Shown here: positions 9,203 to 17,327 of the stretch, one piece after another | How the letters are laid out: each line of letters begins with the position of its first letter | Numbering within the stretch: the stretch's first letter is position 1 | Source: Euryarchaeota archaeon UBA605 | Lineage (GTDB): Archaea > Thermoplasmatota > Poseidoniia > Poseidoniales > Thalassarchaeaceae | Assembly: GCA_002504905.1 (NCBI GenBank) | Contig: DATY01000024.1 | Coordinates: forward strand, 16,796 to 80,795 | Reading direction: 5' to 3' | DNA: 64,000 bases | The notes under the pieces: model-generated | Told to the model about the DNA's origin: nothing | The model's database searches: none | The model's input: the letters and a program-made list of their open reading frames with translations, nothing else | Program-made: the position numbers and the translations under genes

Positions 9203-10393
9203 ATGATGAAAGTGATGCGACATTTACTAGTACCAAATAAAAAAGTACAAGATACTTTAACCGAGATTACTAAGTATGATTGGCTGTCTAAAGAGCATCG
9301 AATTTTTTCTTCAGAAGATGGAAAAAGCCGCCTTATTCCACTTTCTATTTCCGCAGATATAAATTTACCTAACCCCCTATCAGATTTTGAAATCATTTTC
9401 TCAGAAGGAAAACCAAATCAGGTAATCGACACAGACTGGTGGAATCATTTAGAAGAGCTAGTTGGGAAAAATACAGTAATTGAACATCAAGAGTCATGGC
9501 CTTCTTCTCATGAATTCTTTGGAGATATGATGATTGTCAGAATTGATGATAGTATCAAGAAATATACAACTGAAATTGCCAGAGCTAAATTGCTGTCGCA
9601 TCCATTTATCAGATTGGTGTTATCAGATTCAGGCGTAATGGGCGAATTAAGAATTAGGGATTTGAAACCAATTGGGGCGCGCAAAAACTCGAAAATATAT
9701 TTTGAAAACATTCCTTCCGAACTTACAAGAACAAAAGTCTCAGTTAAAGAATCTGGCAAATATATCTCTTGCGACCCTAAAATAGCTTATTATTCCACAA
9801 AACTCCAATCAGAGAGGCTTGAAACACTTCGTTTTGCTAAAGAATTACGTAAAGAACTAAATCGTCCTTTGGCTGTCTGTGACCCCTTCTGTGGAGTAGG
9901 ACCAGCTCTTTCTACCTTGATCGGAGAAGAGGGTTTAGTTGACAAGATTCTAGCATCTGATCTTAATGAAGAAGCGGTCAAATTATTATTTGAAAATCTT
10001 CAAAGATGGGATAAACGCGAATATCCTTCCGAATCTACAAGAATTCAAGAATACTATGATAATAGGATAGTCGGACTAGCGGACGCGACAAAACTTTCTG
10101 ATAATCCGGAATATTTTGGTAAGTGGGATTTAGTACTGGTTAATTTACCTCACAGAACAATAGAATTTCTTCCCCGATTAATCCCTTTACTTAATCGAAG
10201 AAATATTTCACTAATACGAGGTAGAGTAATTGTAGCAGAATCAGAAATTTCTTCTGCTAACGAAAAGATTAATCAAATTCTTCCACCTATCGTGGCCAAC
10301 AAACCAAAACCGGAATTAAAAATTAAGAGGGATTACAGTAGTGCACTACGACTTTGCTCATTCGAAGCATGGATAGATAAGGAAGCGGCCTAA
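9203..10393 (+). CDS. trm5: tRNA (guanine37-N1)-methyltransferase Trm5 / Taw22 family
   Basis: Class-I SAM motif VCDPFCGVGPALS, then DLNEEAV, and the catalytic-loop VNLPH (NLP motif). The N-terminus MMKVMRHLLVPNKKVQDTL resembles archaeal Trm5 N-termini. Candidate ATGs are at 9203, 9206 and 9215. The track's 9092 start is antisense to dph5 and unlikely. Confidence 0.75.
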   Translation: MMKVMRHLLVPNKKVQDTLTEITKYDWLSKEHRIFSSEDGKSRLIPLSISADINLPNPLSDFEIIFSEGKPNQVIDTDWWNHLEELVGKNTVIEHQESWPSSHEFFGDMMIVRIDDSIKKYTTEIARAKLLSHPFIRLVLSDSGVMGELRIRDLKPIGARKNSKIYFENIPSELTRTKVSVKESGKYISCDPKIAYYSTKLQSERLETLRFAKELRKELNRPLAVCDPFCGVGPALSTLIGEEGLVDKILASDLNEEAVKLLFENLQRWDKREYPSESTRIQEYYDNRIVGLADATKLSDNPEYFGKWDLVLVNLPHRTIEFLPRLIPLLNRRNISLIRGRVIVAESEISSANEKINQILPPIVANKPKPELKIKRDYSSALRLCSFEAWIDKEAA

Positions 10394-10435
10394 TTTCCAA
10401 ATTATTATGTGCATTGGGGCCTTCCGAAATATTGT

Positions 10436-11494
10436 ATGGCTACGACGAGACTTTCGAAATTATTTATGGAATGGAAGAATGCTTCGAACAATAAAAAAAT
10501 TACAGCATTATTTCTGACGTTTACCTTTATCTCCTCAATTGGTTACGTGGGAATCGGATATGTTGTTGCTTCGCAAGGCATTTCAGCAAATCCTGGTTGT
10601 GGAATGTGGGAATCAAATACTCCGGATAATTGGACTACTGATGATGATTGGGAAAGTTTCGAACCATGGAATGACTCTACTGAACGTATTGAAATAAGGA
10701 AAAATTTTGATGTATCCAATTATCAATATCAGTATGAAAACGTCTCTTTTGAACCTCGAGGAGAATCTGGAATAACTCTTCGTGGCTGGTACATCGAAGT
10801 AGATCCAAATGCTCCTGTGGTTATACAAACACACGGAATGCCTCAGAATGGAAAATGTAAACCAGAGATGTTACTTATGCAAGGGTATCTGGCAGAGGCC
10901 GGAATCAACAGTCTTTCATTCGATTTGAGAAATTATGGAAATAGTGATGTAGATAGTGATTATATCAGCATAGGACAGAAAGAATATAAAGATCTCTTAG
11001 GGGCTTACGATTGGTTAATTTCTGAAAAACAATATTCTCCAGGGGAAGTTGGTATGACTGCTATTTCTCTTGGTGGAGGTGCTGCAATAGCATTTGCTGA
11101 TGAACCCGGAATAGGTGCGTTATGGTTAGATAGTGCGGTTTTGGATTTTCCTTTAGTAATCAAAAATGAATTAGAAAGATTAGGATTTCCATCTTTTTTC
11201 GCAGGACCTGGAGTTAGAGTTGGAGGATGGCTTGCAGGAGTTAGCCTCACTGAACGCTCCCCATTAGAAGCGGCTGAAAATGCTGGAGATCGCCCGGTAT
11301 TCCTCACTCATGGAAAAGAAGATCCAAGAGTATCAATACAACATTCGCAAACATTTGAAGAAAGAATGATTTCTAATGACGCTAATGTTACAACATGGTA
11401 TGTTGAACAAAGAGGACATGTAGATGCCTTGTGGGGAAATTCCGAAGAATATAAATCAAAATTAGCTGACTTCTTTGGTAATGCTCTAAATTAG
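10436..11494 (+). CDS. Membrane-anchored alpha/beta-fold hydrolase
   Basis: N-terminal TM segment ITALFLTFTFISSIGYVGIGYVVA. The nucleophile elbow is MTAISLGGG, an acidic residue lies in THGKEDPRV, and the His lies in QRGHVDA. ATG at 10436; the track uses GTG at 10409. Confidence 0.7.
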   Translation: MATTRLSKLFMEWKNASNNKKITALFLTFTFISSIGYVGIGYVVASQGISANPGCGMWESNTPDNWTTDDDWESFEPWNDSTERIEIRKNFDVSNYQYQYENVSFEPRGESGITLRGWYIEVDPNAPVVIQTHGMPQNGKCKPEMLLMQGYLAEAGINSLSFDLRNYGNSDVDSDYISIGQKEYKDLLGAYDWLISEKQYSPGEVGMTAISLGGGAAIAFADEPGIGALWLDSAVLDFPLVIKNELERLGFPSFFAGPGVRVGGWLAGVSLTERSPLEAAENAGDRPVFLTHGKEDPRVSIQHSQTFEERMISNDANVTTWYVEQRGHVDALWGNSEEYKSKLADFFGNALN

Positions 11495-11503
11495 TTGTTT
11501 AAG

Positions 11504-11579
11504 TGGCGCCCCGACCGGGATTTGAACCCGGGTCGCAGCCTCGACAGGGCTGCATGATAGGCCACTACACCATCGGGGC
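11504..11579 (-). tRNA. tRNA-Asp (anticodon GTC), CCA encoded
   Basis: The reverse complement reads GCCCCGATGGTGTAGTGGCCTATCATGCAGCCCTGTCGAGGCTGCGACCCGGGTTCAAATCCCGGTCGGGGCGCCA. The acceptor stem GCCCCGA/TCGGGGC is 7 bp. The anticodon stem is CAGCC/GGCTG with loop CTGTCGA. The T-arm is CCGGG-TTCAAAT-CCCGG. Confidence 0.9.
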
Positions 11580-11661
11580 AGTAGCAACACGACAAAGGTA
11601 GTGTATTTCAAACGCACCCATTACAAGGTTGCAATTTCGAAGCCATTTAATGGGATAATTC

Positions 11662-12282
11662 ATGACCCTATTGCATTTCGATAGCATCATGCCTGAGGAG
11701 AAATTGATTATCGATGTTATCGATAACGGAGGACAATGGACTCACAGGGAGTGGCGCATGTTAAGATATCTAGGGGTCGACACCCAAATTCAATCGAATA
11801 AAACCCCACTTTCTGAGTTAAGAAAAGTAGACGGTTTAATTCTTTCAGGAGGTGCTGCAAGAGTTGGATTAACGGGAGAGTTAGGTAACTGTGGCGAATA
11901 TTTAACTCTAAATGTTCCTATTTTAGGAATTTGTGCCGGACATCAATTCATGGCAGGATATTACGGCGGTAAATCACAAGAAGCTCCTCGTCCAGAATTT
12001 GGAGCAGCATCAATAGAATTAATTAATGGGGGAGGAGAATTATTTATTGGAACCCCCGACAAACAAGGAGTTTGGGAGAGTCATAACGATGAGGTTATTG
12101 ATGTTCCTGATGGTTTTAGAATTACAGCAGTAAGTGATAATTGCGCTGTTCAGGCTATGGAGAACGATACAAGCGATCGTTTTGGGCTACAATTCCATCC
12201 AGAAGTGAATGACTCAGAGTATGGTGCTAAGATTTTTGAAAACTTTGTAGCAATATGTTTGAGGGCACGCAACAGTCAATAA
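11662..12282 (+). CDS. guaA: Class-I glutamine amidotransferase, GMP synthase subunit A type
   Basis: Nucleophile elbow ILGICAGHQFMA and the His/Glu region LQFHPEVNDSEYG. The ~190-200 aa stand-alone GATase is typical of the archaeal two-subunit GMP synthase. An alternative ATG lies at 11689. Confidence 0.7.
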   Translation: MTLLHFDSIMPEEKLIIDVIDNGGQWTHREWRMLRYLGVDTQIQSNKTPLSELRKVDGLILSGGAARVGLTGELGNCGEYLTLNVPILGICAGHQFMAGYYGGKSQEAPRPEFGAASIELINGGGELFIGTPDKQGVWESHNDEVIDVPDGFRITAVSDNCAVQAMENDTSDRFGLQFHPEVNDSEYGAKIFENFVAICLRARNSQ

Positions 12283-12325
12283 TTCAACCACAGATTGAAG
12301 AAGGGTGCGCTAGTCGGCGGGTTTG

Positions 12326-12595
12326 ATGGCAAAGAGCGCTGAGAGACTAATTCTTCACAAATGCCGCCAGTGCAACCGTACTGATAGAAGACCATGGAGT
12401 GAAACAGAGCTACCTAGATGTAACCATTGTGATTCAGCAATGGACCCTTTAGAAATTCGATACAAGTGCCTTCGATGTGGTGAATTAACTTGGACAGAAG
12501 CTGGTTCCACTGGAAAATCATGCAGATCATGTGGTTACAGAATATTTGTTAAACCTCGTAAAGGTGGCCGCCACAAGATTTTGAAAGCAGAATAA
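12326..12595 (+). CDS. rpoP: RNA polymerase subunit P (Rpo12/RpoP) with an N-terminal extension carrying a second CxxC...CxxC ribbon
   Basis: The C-terminal 46 aa, IRYKCLRCGELTWTEAGSTGKSCRSCGYRIFVKPRKGGRHKILKAE, fit the RpoP/Rpb12 pattern YxCxxCG...CxxCGxRIxxKxR...KA. The N-terminal part has CRQC..(18)..CNHC. A canonical-length product could instead start at the ATG at 12440. Confidence 0.7.
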   Translation: MAKSAERLILHKCRQCNRTDRRPWSETELPRCNHCDSAMDPLEIRYKCLRCGELTWTEAGSTGKSCRSCGYRIFVKPRKGGRHKILKAE

Positions 12596-12635
12596 AAATC
12601 GTTCAATTCAATAACTTCCACTTTGACGATATGTT

Positions 12636-13775
12636 GTGGCAAGTTGGCTTAGTGAACATTCTCCTCGAACTTTTGAGGAACTCTCTATACCTCAGAATTT
12701 ACGTAATTCATTAACTTCTGCTAGTTTATCGCCAAATCCTCCAAACTTACTAATCACAGGTCCTGCTGGTGTTGGAAAAACAGCGTCTTGGAAATTAGTT
12801 GCAAGACAAATGCTTGGTTCAGGTTGGGAATCTACGACACATGTTTTACAATGTCGAGATTTAGCAAAATCTAGTGGTGCTATGGCCAAGTTTGAAAATT
12901 TTTTAAGACCTGGTGGTACAGATTCTTCAGATACATTAGCAGGACGCATGTCTTTGGATGCCTTTGATCGAGGAATTATTCAAACTACAGAATCTGATAT
13001 TCCTCCTGCAGGACGAGAAATAGAACTTCTGGAAGGACAAATCCCAGTTAGCAGAGTTATTGTTTTAGAAGACGCAGATCATTTAGGACATATTCGACAG
13101 GCATACCTTCGTCGTATGATGGAAACCGTTGGAAATGCTTCCAGATTTATTTTAATTGCTAGAGCTCCAAGTAGAATTATTGATGCATTAAGATCTAGGA
13201 CTCAAATGATAAGAATCCCGTCAACATCTAATGAACAATTAATTTCAACTTTAAACACTATTTGTGATGTAGAAAATATTGAAAAAAATGAAGGAGTGAT
13301 TGGTGATATTGTATATGTATGCAGGGGCAATCTCAGAAAAGCAATTTTTACACTAGAGATGCTTGAATCTAGAGGATTAGCACTAGATAGATCTGCTGTA
13401 CACAAATTGGTTCAAGCAACAACATTACAAGCGGGTAGACACCTTCTCGAACTCGCACTGCGGGGAAAAGTTGTAGAGTGGAAGTGGGAGAAAAAGAATG
13501 GCAGAAATAAAAAAGTACTTTCCGGGGCAATTGCAGAAATTGATAAATTAATGAATGAATATGGATTAGATTCTGAAGATGTCATTTCTCAGATTCATGA
13601 AGTAGTCATTGGTAGAAGAATTTCGATTACCGATAATCTAAGATGTGAAATATTGAATGCATTGGCAGAATGTGATAGGAATTTACAAAATTCAATGCAT
13701 GCCCGAATACCATTAGAGCAATTTCTTCACCGTGTTGCAAAGGCTGGAAGAAGTCACGGACTAGCCTTTTCTTAG
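12636..13775 (+). CDS. rfc: Replication factor C subunit (AAA+ clamp loader, small-subunit-like)
   Basis: Walker A is LLITGPAGVGKT, Walker B is VIVLEDADHL, and the sensor-1 region is IIDALRSRTQMIRI (SRC-like). A helical lid and collar form the C-terminus. GTG start. It is 379 aa, with extra sequence between Walker A and Walker B. Confidence 0.8.
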   Translation: MASWLSEHSPRTFEELSIPQNLRNSLTSASLSPNPPNLLITGPAGVGKTASWKLVARQMLGSGWESTTHVLQCRDLAKSSGAMAKFENFLRPGGTDSSDTLAGRMSLDAFDRGIIQTTESDIPPAGREIELLEGQIPVSRVIVLEDADHLGHIRQAYLRRMMETVGNASRFILIARAPSRIIDALRSRTQMIRIPSTSNEQLISTLNTICDVENIEKNEGVIGDIVYVCRGNLRKAIFTLEMLESRGLALDRSAVHKLVQATTLQAGRHLLELALRGKVVEWKWEKKNGRNKKVLSGAIAEIDKLMNEYGLDSEDVISQIHEVVIGRRISITDNLRCEILNALAECDRNLQNSMHARIPLEQFLHRVAKAGRSHGLAFS

Positions 13776-13852
13776 TGGCGGGCGATCCAGGATTTGAACC
13801 CGGGTTCTCGGCTTAGGAGGCCAAGGTGATATCCAGACTACACTAATCGCCC
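13776..13852 (-). tRNA. tRNA-Arg (anticodon CCT), CCA encoded
   Basis: The reverse complement reads GGGCGATTAGTGTAGTCTGGATATCACCTTGGCCTCCTAAGCCGAGAACCCGGGTTCAAATCCTGGATCGCCCGCCA. The acceptor stem is GGGCGAT/ATCGCCC and the anticodon loop is CTCCTAA. The 3' end lies directly against the rfc stop codon (13773-13775). Confidence 0.9.
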
Positions 13853-13958
13853 GTCTATGCGAGAGCATGTTCTTCAAGAAATGTGATGGTAATGAAAAAC
13901 CTATATTTTACAAAAAATCTTCCGATGGAATCAAGGATATTGACTACTTCGTAGAGTC

Positions 13959-15380
13959 GTGACTCCGTCCCAAGAGAGGCTCCCCACTCCATATGCAGAG
14001 ACAACTATTGGAGAAGATAAGGCATTTTCAAGAAGAATCCAGAGAATTGATTCTCAGAGGAGATTCTGGACATGGATATCAACTATCAGATACGCTCCTT
14101 CAATCCGCTTTTGGTTTTCAATAGCAGCCCCTGCCTCGGCGGGAGTAATCCTGACCGACTGGGAATATTCTTCTTTAGAATTAGCAATTACAATATTTGT
14201 GATTAATTTCCTCCTTTTGATACCTCCGAATATTTCTTCGGTATTTGCTAGGATGTCTGCTAGGCACCGTCTCCAATTAAGAATCGGAGGGCTCAAATCT
14301 AAAGAAGCATATCCAGGGGTTGAAAGAATACTTAACACACTCCATGAAAGAGTCCTCAGGGAGAGAGTGAGACTATTTTCCTCATTGTTAGCAGCAGCAT
14401 CTCTATTTGCAGTATGGGAAATCGAAACAGGATATATCTTAGGGCAAATTTTGATTAGTTTTGCTGTAATTTTAGGGATTATTTGCTGGTTGAATACCTT
14501 TTATCTAGAAGGATCTATACCTATGCGTTCTAAACGCTTCCCTCTTCTTTCTTTACATGCTCCTACACTACATGATAGCATATTGGAAAGAGTACTAACA
14601 GATGTATTGGTTGCACACTTAGATCCAGAGACAGCAGGTAGTTGGGACGATTGGTCCAATGGATTATCAGATAAGGTAAGAGATGGAGTTGAACCAGCAG
14701 CTGCCTTGGAGCATATGCTGGCGGCATTGCATTTGAATGCTAGAAATTTATTAAATAAGGAAGAAATGTTGCAATCTATAAAAGAAGTATACAAAATTTC
14801 TGCGATGGATTACCTAACAGATTCAGAGAATAAGATCAATATAAACACAATTCAAAGATTATTGGCACATACTAGAGCATGGCAGCCAGGCTTGTTCCGA
14901 TTAATTGACAGGTTGCATGACGCATCAAAAAATGGTGAGTTAAGTCTTAATGAAGATAATTGGAGGATGGATTTAGATATACCACCAAGATCCTCTGATG
15001 GACAATCTGATCTTTTTGTAATGGTTCACAATGGCAGTACATCTGATATGACAATCGAGGTTGAAGTTGTCACTGCTCATGGGGAGCCCGAGGTTCAGAC
15101 TTTGAGAGTACCATGTAGAAAGACGGAGACTAAGCAAATAGTTACGCTGGACGGGTTATTAGATGCAGCATTAGTATTGTGGATAGGTGTTGCTTGGCCT
15201 AGTACTGTTTCAGGTCCTCACCCAGTACAAGTAACGATAAACGGAGATGATGGAATCACTCTTTCATCTACTGTAATGCATACCACTCTCACATCCAGCC
15301 TTCACCCAGAAAGTGCGGGAGTGAGGATGACTGATGCGGCTGAAGCAGTTAGGAAATTAGCACTTTCAGTTTCAGAATAA
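13959..15380 (+). CDS. Hypothetical membrane protein (N-terminal TM bundle, C-terminal beta-rich domain)
   Basis: 473-aa ORF with a GTG start. Hydrophobic segments include FWFSIAAPASAGVILT, LAITIFVINFLLLIPP, LFSSLLAAASLFAVW and ILISFAVILGIICWL. The C-terminus (DLFVMVHNGSTSDMTIEVEVVTAHGEPEVQTLRVP) looks like a beta-sandwich. No family recognised. Confidence 0.55.
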   Translation: MTPSQERLPTPYAETTIGEDKAFSRRIQRIDSQRRFWTWISTIRYAPSIRFWFSIAAPASAGVILTDWEYSSLELAITIFVINFLLLIPPNISSVFARMSARHRLQLRIGGLKSKEAYPGVERILNTLHERVLRERVRLFSSLLAAASLFAVWEIETGYILGQILISFAVILGIICWLNTFYLEGSIPMRSKRFPLLSLHAPTLHDSILERVLTDVLVAHLDPETAGSWDDWSNGLSDKVRDGVEPAAALEHMLAALHLNARNLLNKEEMLQSIKEVYKISAMDYLTDSENKININTIQRLLAHTRAWQPGLFRLIDRLHDASKNGELSLNEDNWRMDLDIPPRSSDGQSDLFVMVHNGSTSDMTIEVEVVTAHGEPEVQTLRVPCRKTETKQIVTLDGLLDAALVLWIGVAWPSTVSGPHPVQVTINGDDGITLSSTVMHTTLTSSLHPESAGVRMTDAAEAVRKLALSVSE

Positions 15381-15449
15381 TCTCAAAAATGAAACCTGTC
15401 AGTGCGTCATCTTCTTGAGAAGGAATCTTTTCGAAGAGTCCGAGAGACC

Positions 15450-16859
15450 ATGGAATCTTGGGATGTTGTGATTATCGGTAGTGGTCCAGCAGCGCTTCGA
15501 GCAGCAATAGCATCATCAGATGCAGGAACAAAACCGATTGTTATTGATAGTAAAAGTATAGGTTCAGGTTCAGGACTTTCGCCCGTTAGTGGTCTTGCCG
15601 CATCTTTTGATGAAGTCGACTCTACGGCTCATCGTGAAGACACAATATTTGCAGGTGGTGAAGGAACCAATAAATCTGCTGCGGCTAGAGTTTGTGGAGA
15701 AGCAATGAATGTTTTAGCAAACTTAGAGAATTGGGGATTAGTGTTGCAAAGGAGAGATGGAGGCCTCCCATTCGCAGCATCATGCCAAGGGCATAGTCGA
15801 CCACGACTTGTTGGATGTGGAGATTCCACATCTCGTGAAATCACTAGAATCTTGGAAGAGCAGGTAATCAAAAGAGGGATAGTTAGACGGGCCGATTTAC
15901 AAGTCTTATCTTTAGTAATGGATAGTAAACAAGTACGTGGAATAACGGTTTTAGATATTCAGTCAGGGCAAACATTTGGCATACAAGCAAAGGCAGTAAT
16001 CTTGGCAACAGAGGGTTATCAAGGACTTTGGAGTAATATTTCAGAAGGCACAGGAACGGGAGTTTCATTGGCTGCTTCTGCAGGAATTAAACTTGAGGGA
16101 ATGTCGAATATTTCCAAACATCATTTAACAGTAAAAGGCACAAATTTACATTTACCAGTAGATATCTTAAGTGCTGGTGGCAGATATAGAAAAGATTCAG
16201 GCGAAGATTTAGAAATTGGTGCAGAAAAAGATGACGGTAATTGCATCCTAGATCTCAGAGCTCTAGAATCGGACGCTAAAATTTGGTACGCTCAAACAAT
16301 TAGAAGAATCGAAGAAAGAACTGGTCTGAATATTAACTCTGAAGTAATTCCCGTATATTCTTCCGTAGCATTCACTTTAGGGGGCGCCCCAGTAGATGAA
16401 AATGGTAGAGTAACATTCAATTCTCAAAAAATGTGGTATACCGGACTTTATGCGGCCGGAAGATCGGCCAACACCGGAATGCATGGAGATGGCTACCTTC
16501 CAGGAAATTTACAATTAGAAGATTTAGTTACTGGCGAGGCGGCCGGTAACCATGCTGGCGAATGGGTCAAAAATACGAATTTTGCTGGAAGCCAGAAAAT
16601 AGAAAAAGCAATTTCTAAAGTTTCAAAAAATATAGAAAATTATTTTTTGGATGAAGGGCAAACAATTGGAGAAGCATCAATACATCTTTCTAATTTAGTC
16701 ACTAACATACAAAACAATAGCGAAATTGATGTAAAAACATTGAAAGAAACTAAGATATCATTGACAGATCAATCCAGAGTAATGAATACAGAACTTCTTA
16801 ATGCTATACAGATCAAATCAATGGCGCCAATCATTGAAGCAATTTCCAAATCGGGTTAA
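15450..16859 (+). CDS. FAD-binding flavoprotein of the succinate dehydrogenase / fumarate reductase / L-aspartate oxidase family (divergent)
   Basis: Rossmann motif WDVVIIGSGPAALRAAIA, an SdhA-like DSTAHREDTIFAGGEG block, ILATEGYQG, and C-terminal GLYAAGRSANTGMHG. The start is taken at ATG 15450 (MESWDVVIIG); the track uses GTG at 15402. Confidence 0.7.
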   Translation: MESWDVVIIGSGPAALRAAIASSDAGTKPIVIDSKSIGSGSGLSPVSGLAASFDEVDSTAHREDTIFAGGEGTNKSAAARVCGEAMNVLANLENWGLVLQRRDGGLPFAASCQGHSRPRLVGCGDSTSREITRILEEQVIKRGIVRRADLQVLSLVMDSKQVRGITVLDIQSGQTFGIQAKAVILATEGYQGLWSNISEGTGTGVSLAASAGIKLEGMSNISKHHLTVKGTNLHLPVDILSAGGRYRKDSGEDLEIGAEKDDGNCILDLRALESDAKIWYAQTIRRIEERTGLNINSEVIPVYSSVAFTLGGAPVDENGRVTFNSQKMWYTGLYAAGRSANTGMHGDGYLPGNLQLEDLVTGEAAGNHAGEWVKNTNFAGSQKIEKAISKVSKNIENYFLDEGQTIGEASIHLSNLVTNIQNNSEIDVKTLKETKISLTDQSRVMNTELLNAIQIKSMAPIIEAISKSG

Positions 16860-16866
16860 TGATATA

Positions 16867-17301
16867 ATGTCTGGAAATGGGGAAACTATTTTCAATTTAA
16901 TATTATCAGGAGAAATTCCTTCTCATAAAATATACGAAGATGATTCTGTTTTTGCTTTTTTAGACATAAACCCTATTTCTCGAGGCCATACCTTGGTAAT
17001 TCCCAAAGAAAATTCTCCTACAATGGATAGTCTTTCTGAAGACGCAGCATCCTCATTGGGACAGGTTTTACCGAAAATTTGTAAGGCAATAATGAAAATC
17101 ACTGGAGCCAAAGACTACAATATTATACAAAATAATGGGGAAAATGCAGGACAAACAGTACCCCATCTTCATTTTCACATAATACCCAAATATCCAAATT
17201 CAACTCATTCCTTTGTTTGGAGACCGAAACCAATAGATCATTCCGACGCTGGAGAGTTATCAAAAGCAATATTAGAAGAATTGGAACTCGCAAGGCCGTG
17301 A
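16867..17301 (+). CDS. HIT-family (histidine triad) nucleotide hydrolase/transferase
   Basis: Histidine triad VPHLHFHIIPK. The N-terminal IFNLILSGEIPSHKIYEDDSVFAFLDINPISRGHTLVIPK is canonical HINT-like. ATG at 16867. Confidence 0.85.
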   Translation: MSGNGETIFNLILSGEIPSHKIYEDDSVFAFLDINPISRGHTLVIPKENSPTMDSLSEDAASSLGQVLPKICKAIMKITGAKDYNIIQNNGENAGQTVPHLHFHIIPKYPNSTHSFVWRPKPIDHSDAGELSKAILEELELARP

Positions 17302-17327
17302 ATGGTTCAGAGAGTGCTCCTGAAATT

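Noticed and set aside
9092-9396. Long N-terminal extensions of both the dph5 (to 9396) and trm5 (to 9092) track ORFs, which would overlap antisense by ~300 nt.
   Set aside because: The homology-like sequence of each protein begins only near 9177 and 9203-9215. The extensions read as shadow frames of the opposite gene.
11617-11654. Inverted repeat CCCATTA-N24-TAATGGG between tRNA-Asp and the GATase gene.
   Set aside because: The arms are 7 bp with a long spacer and no supporting context. This could be chance, and the gene start itself is uncertain (11662 vs 11689).
16801-17327. The track ORFs suggest an 85-nt same-strand overlap between the HIT gene and the acyltransferase gene, plus an N-terminal extension of HIT from 16801.
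   Set aside because: The HIT homology starts at ATG 16867. The acyltransferase most likely starts at GTG 17298 or ATG 17328. The extended frames carry no recognisable sequence.
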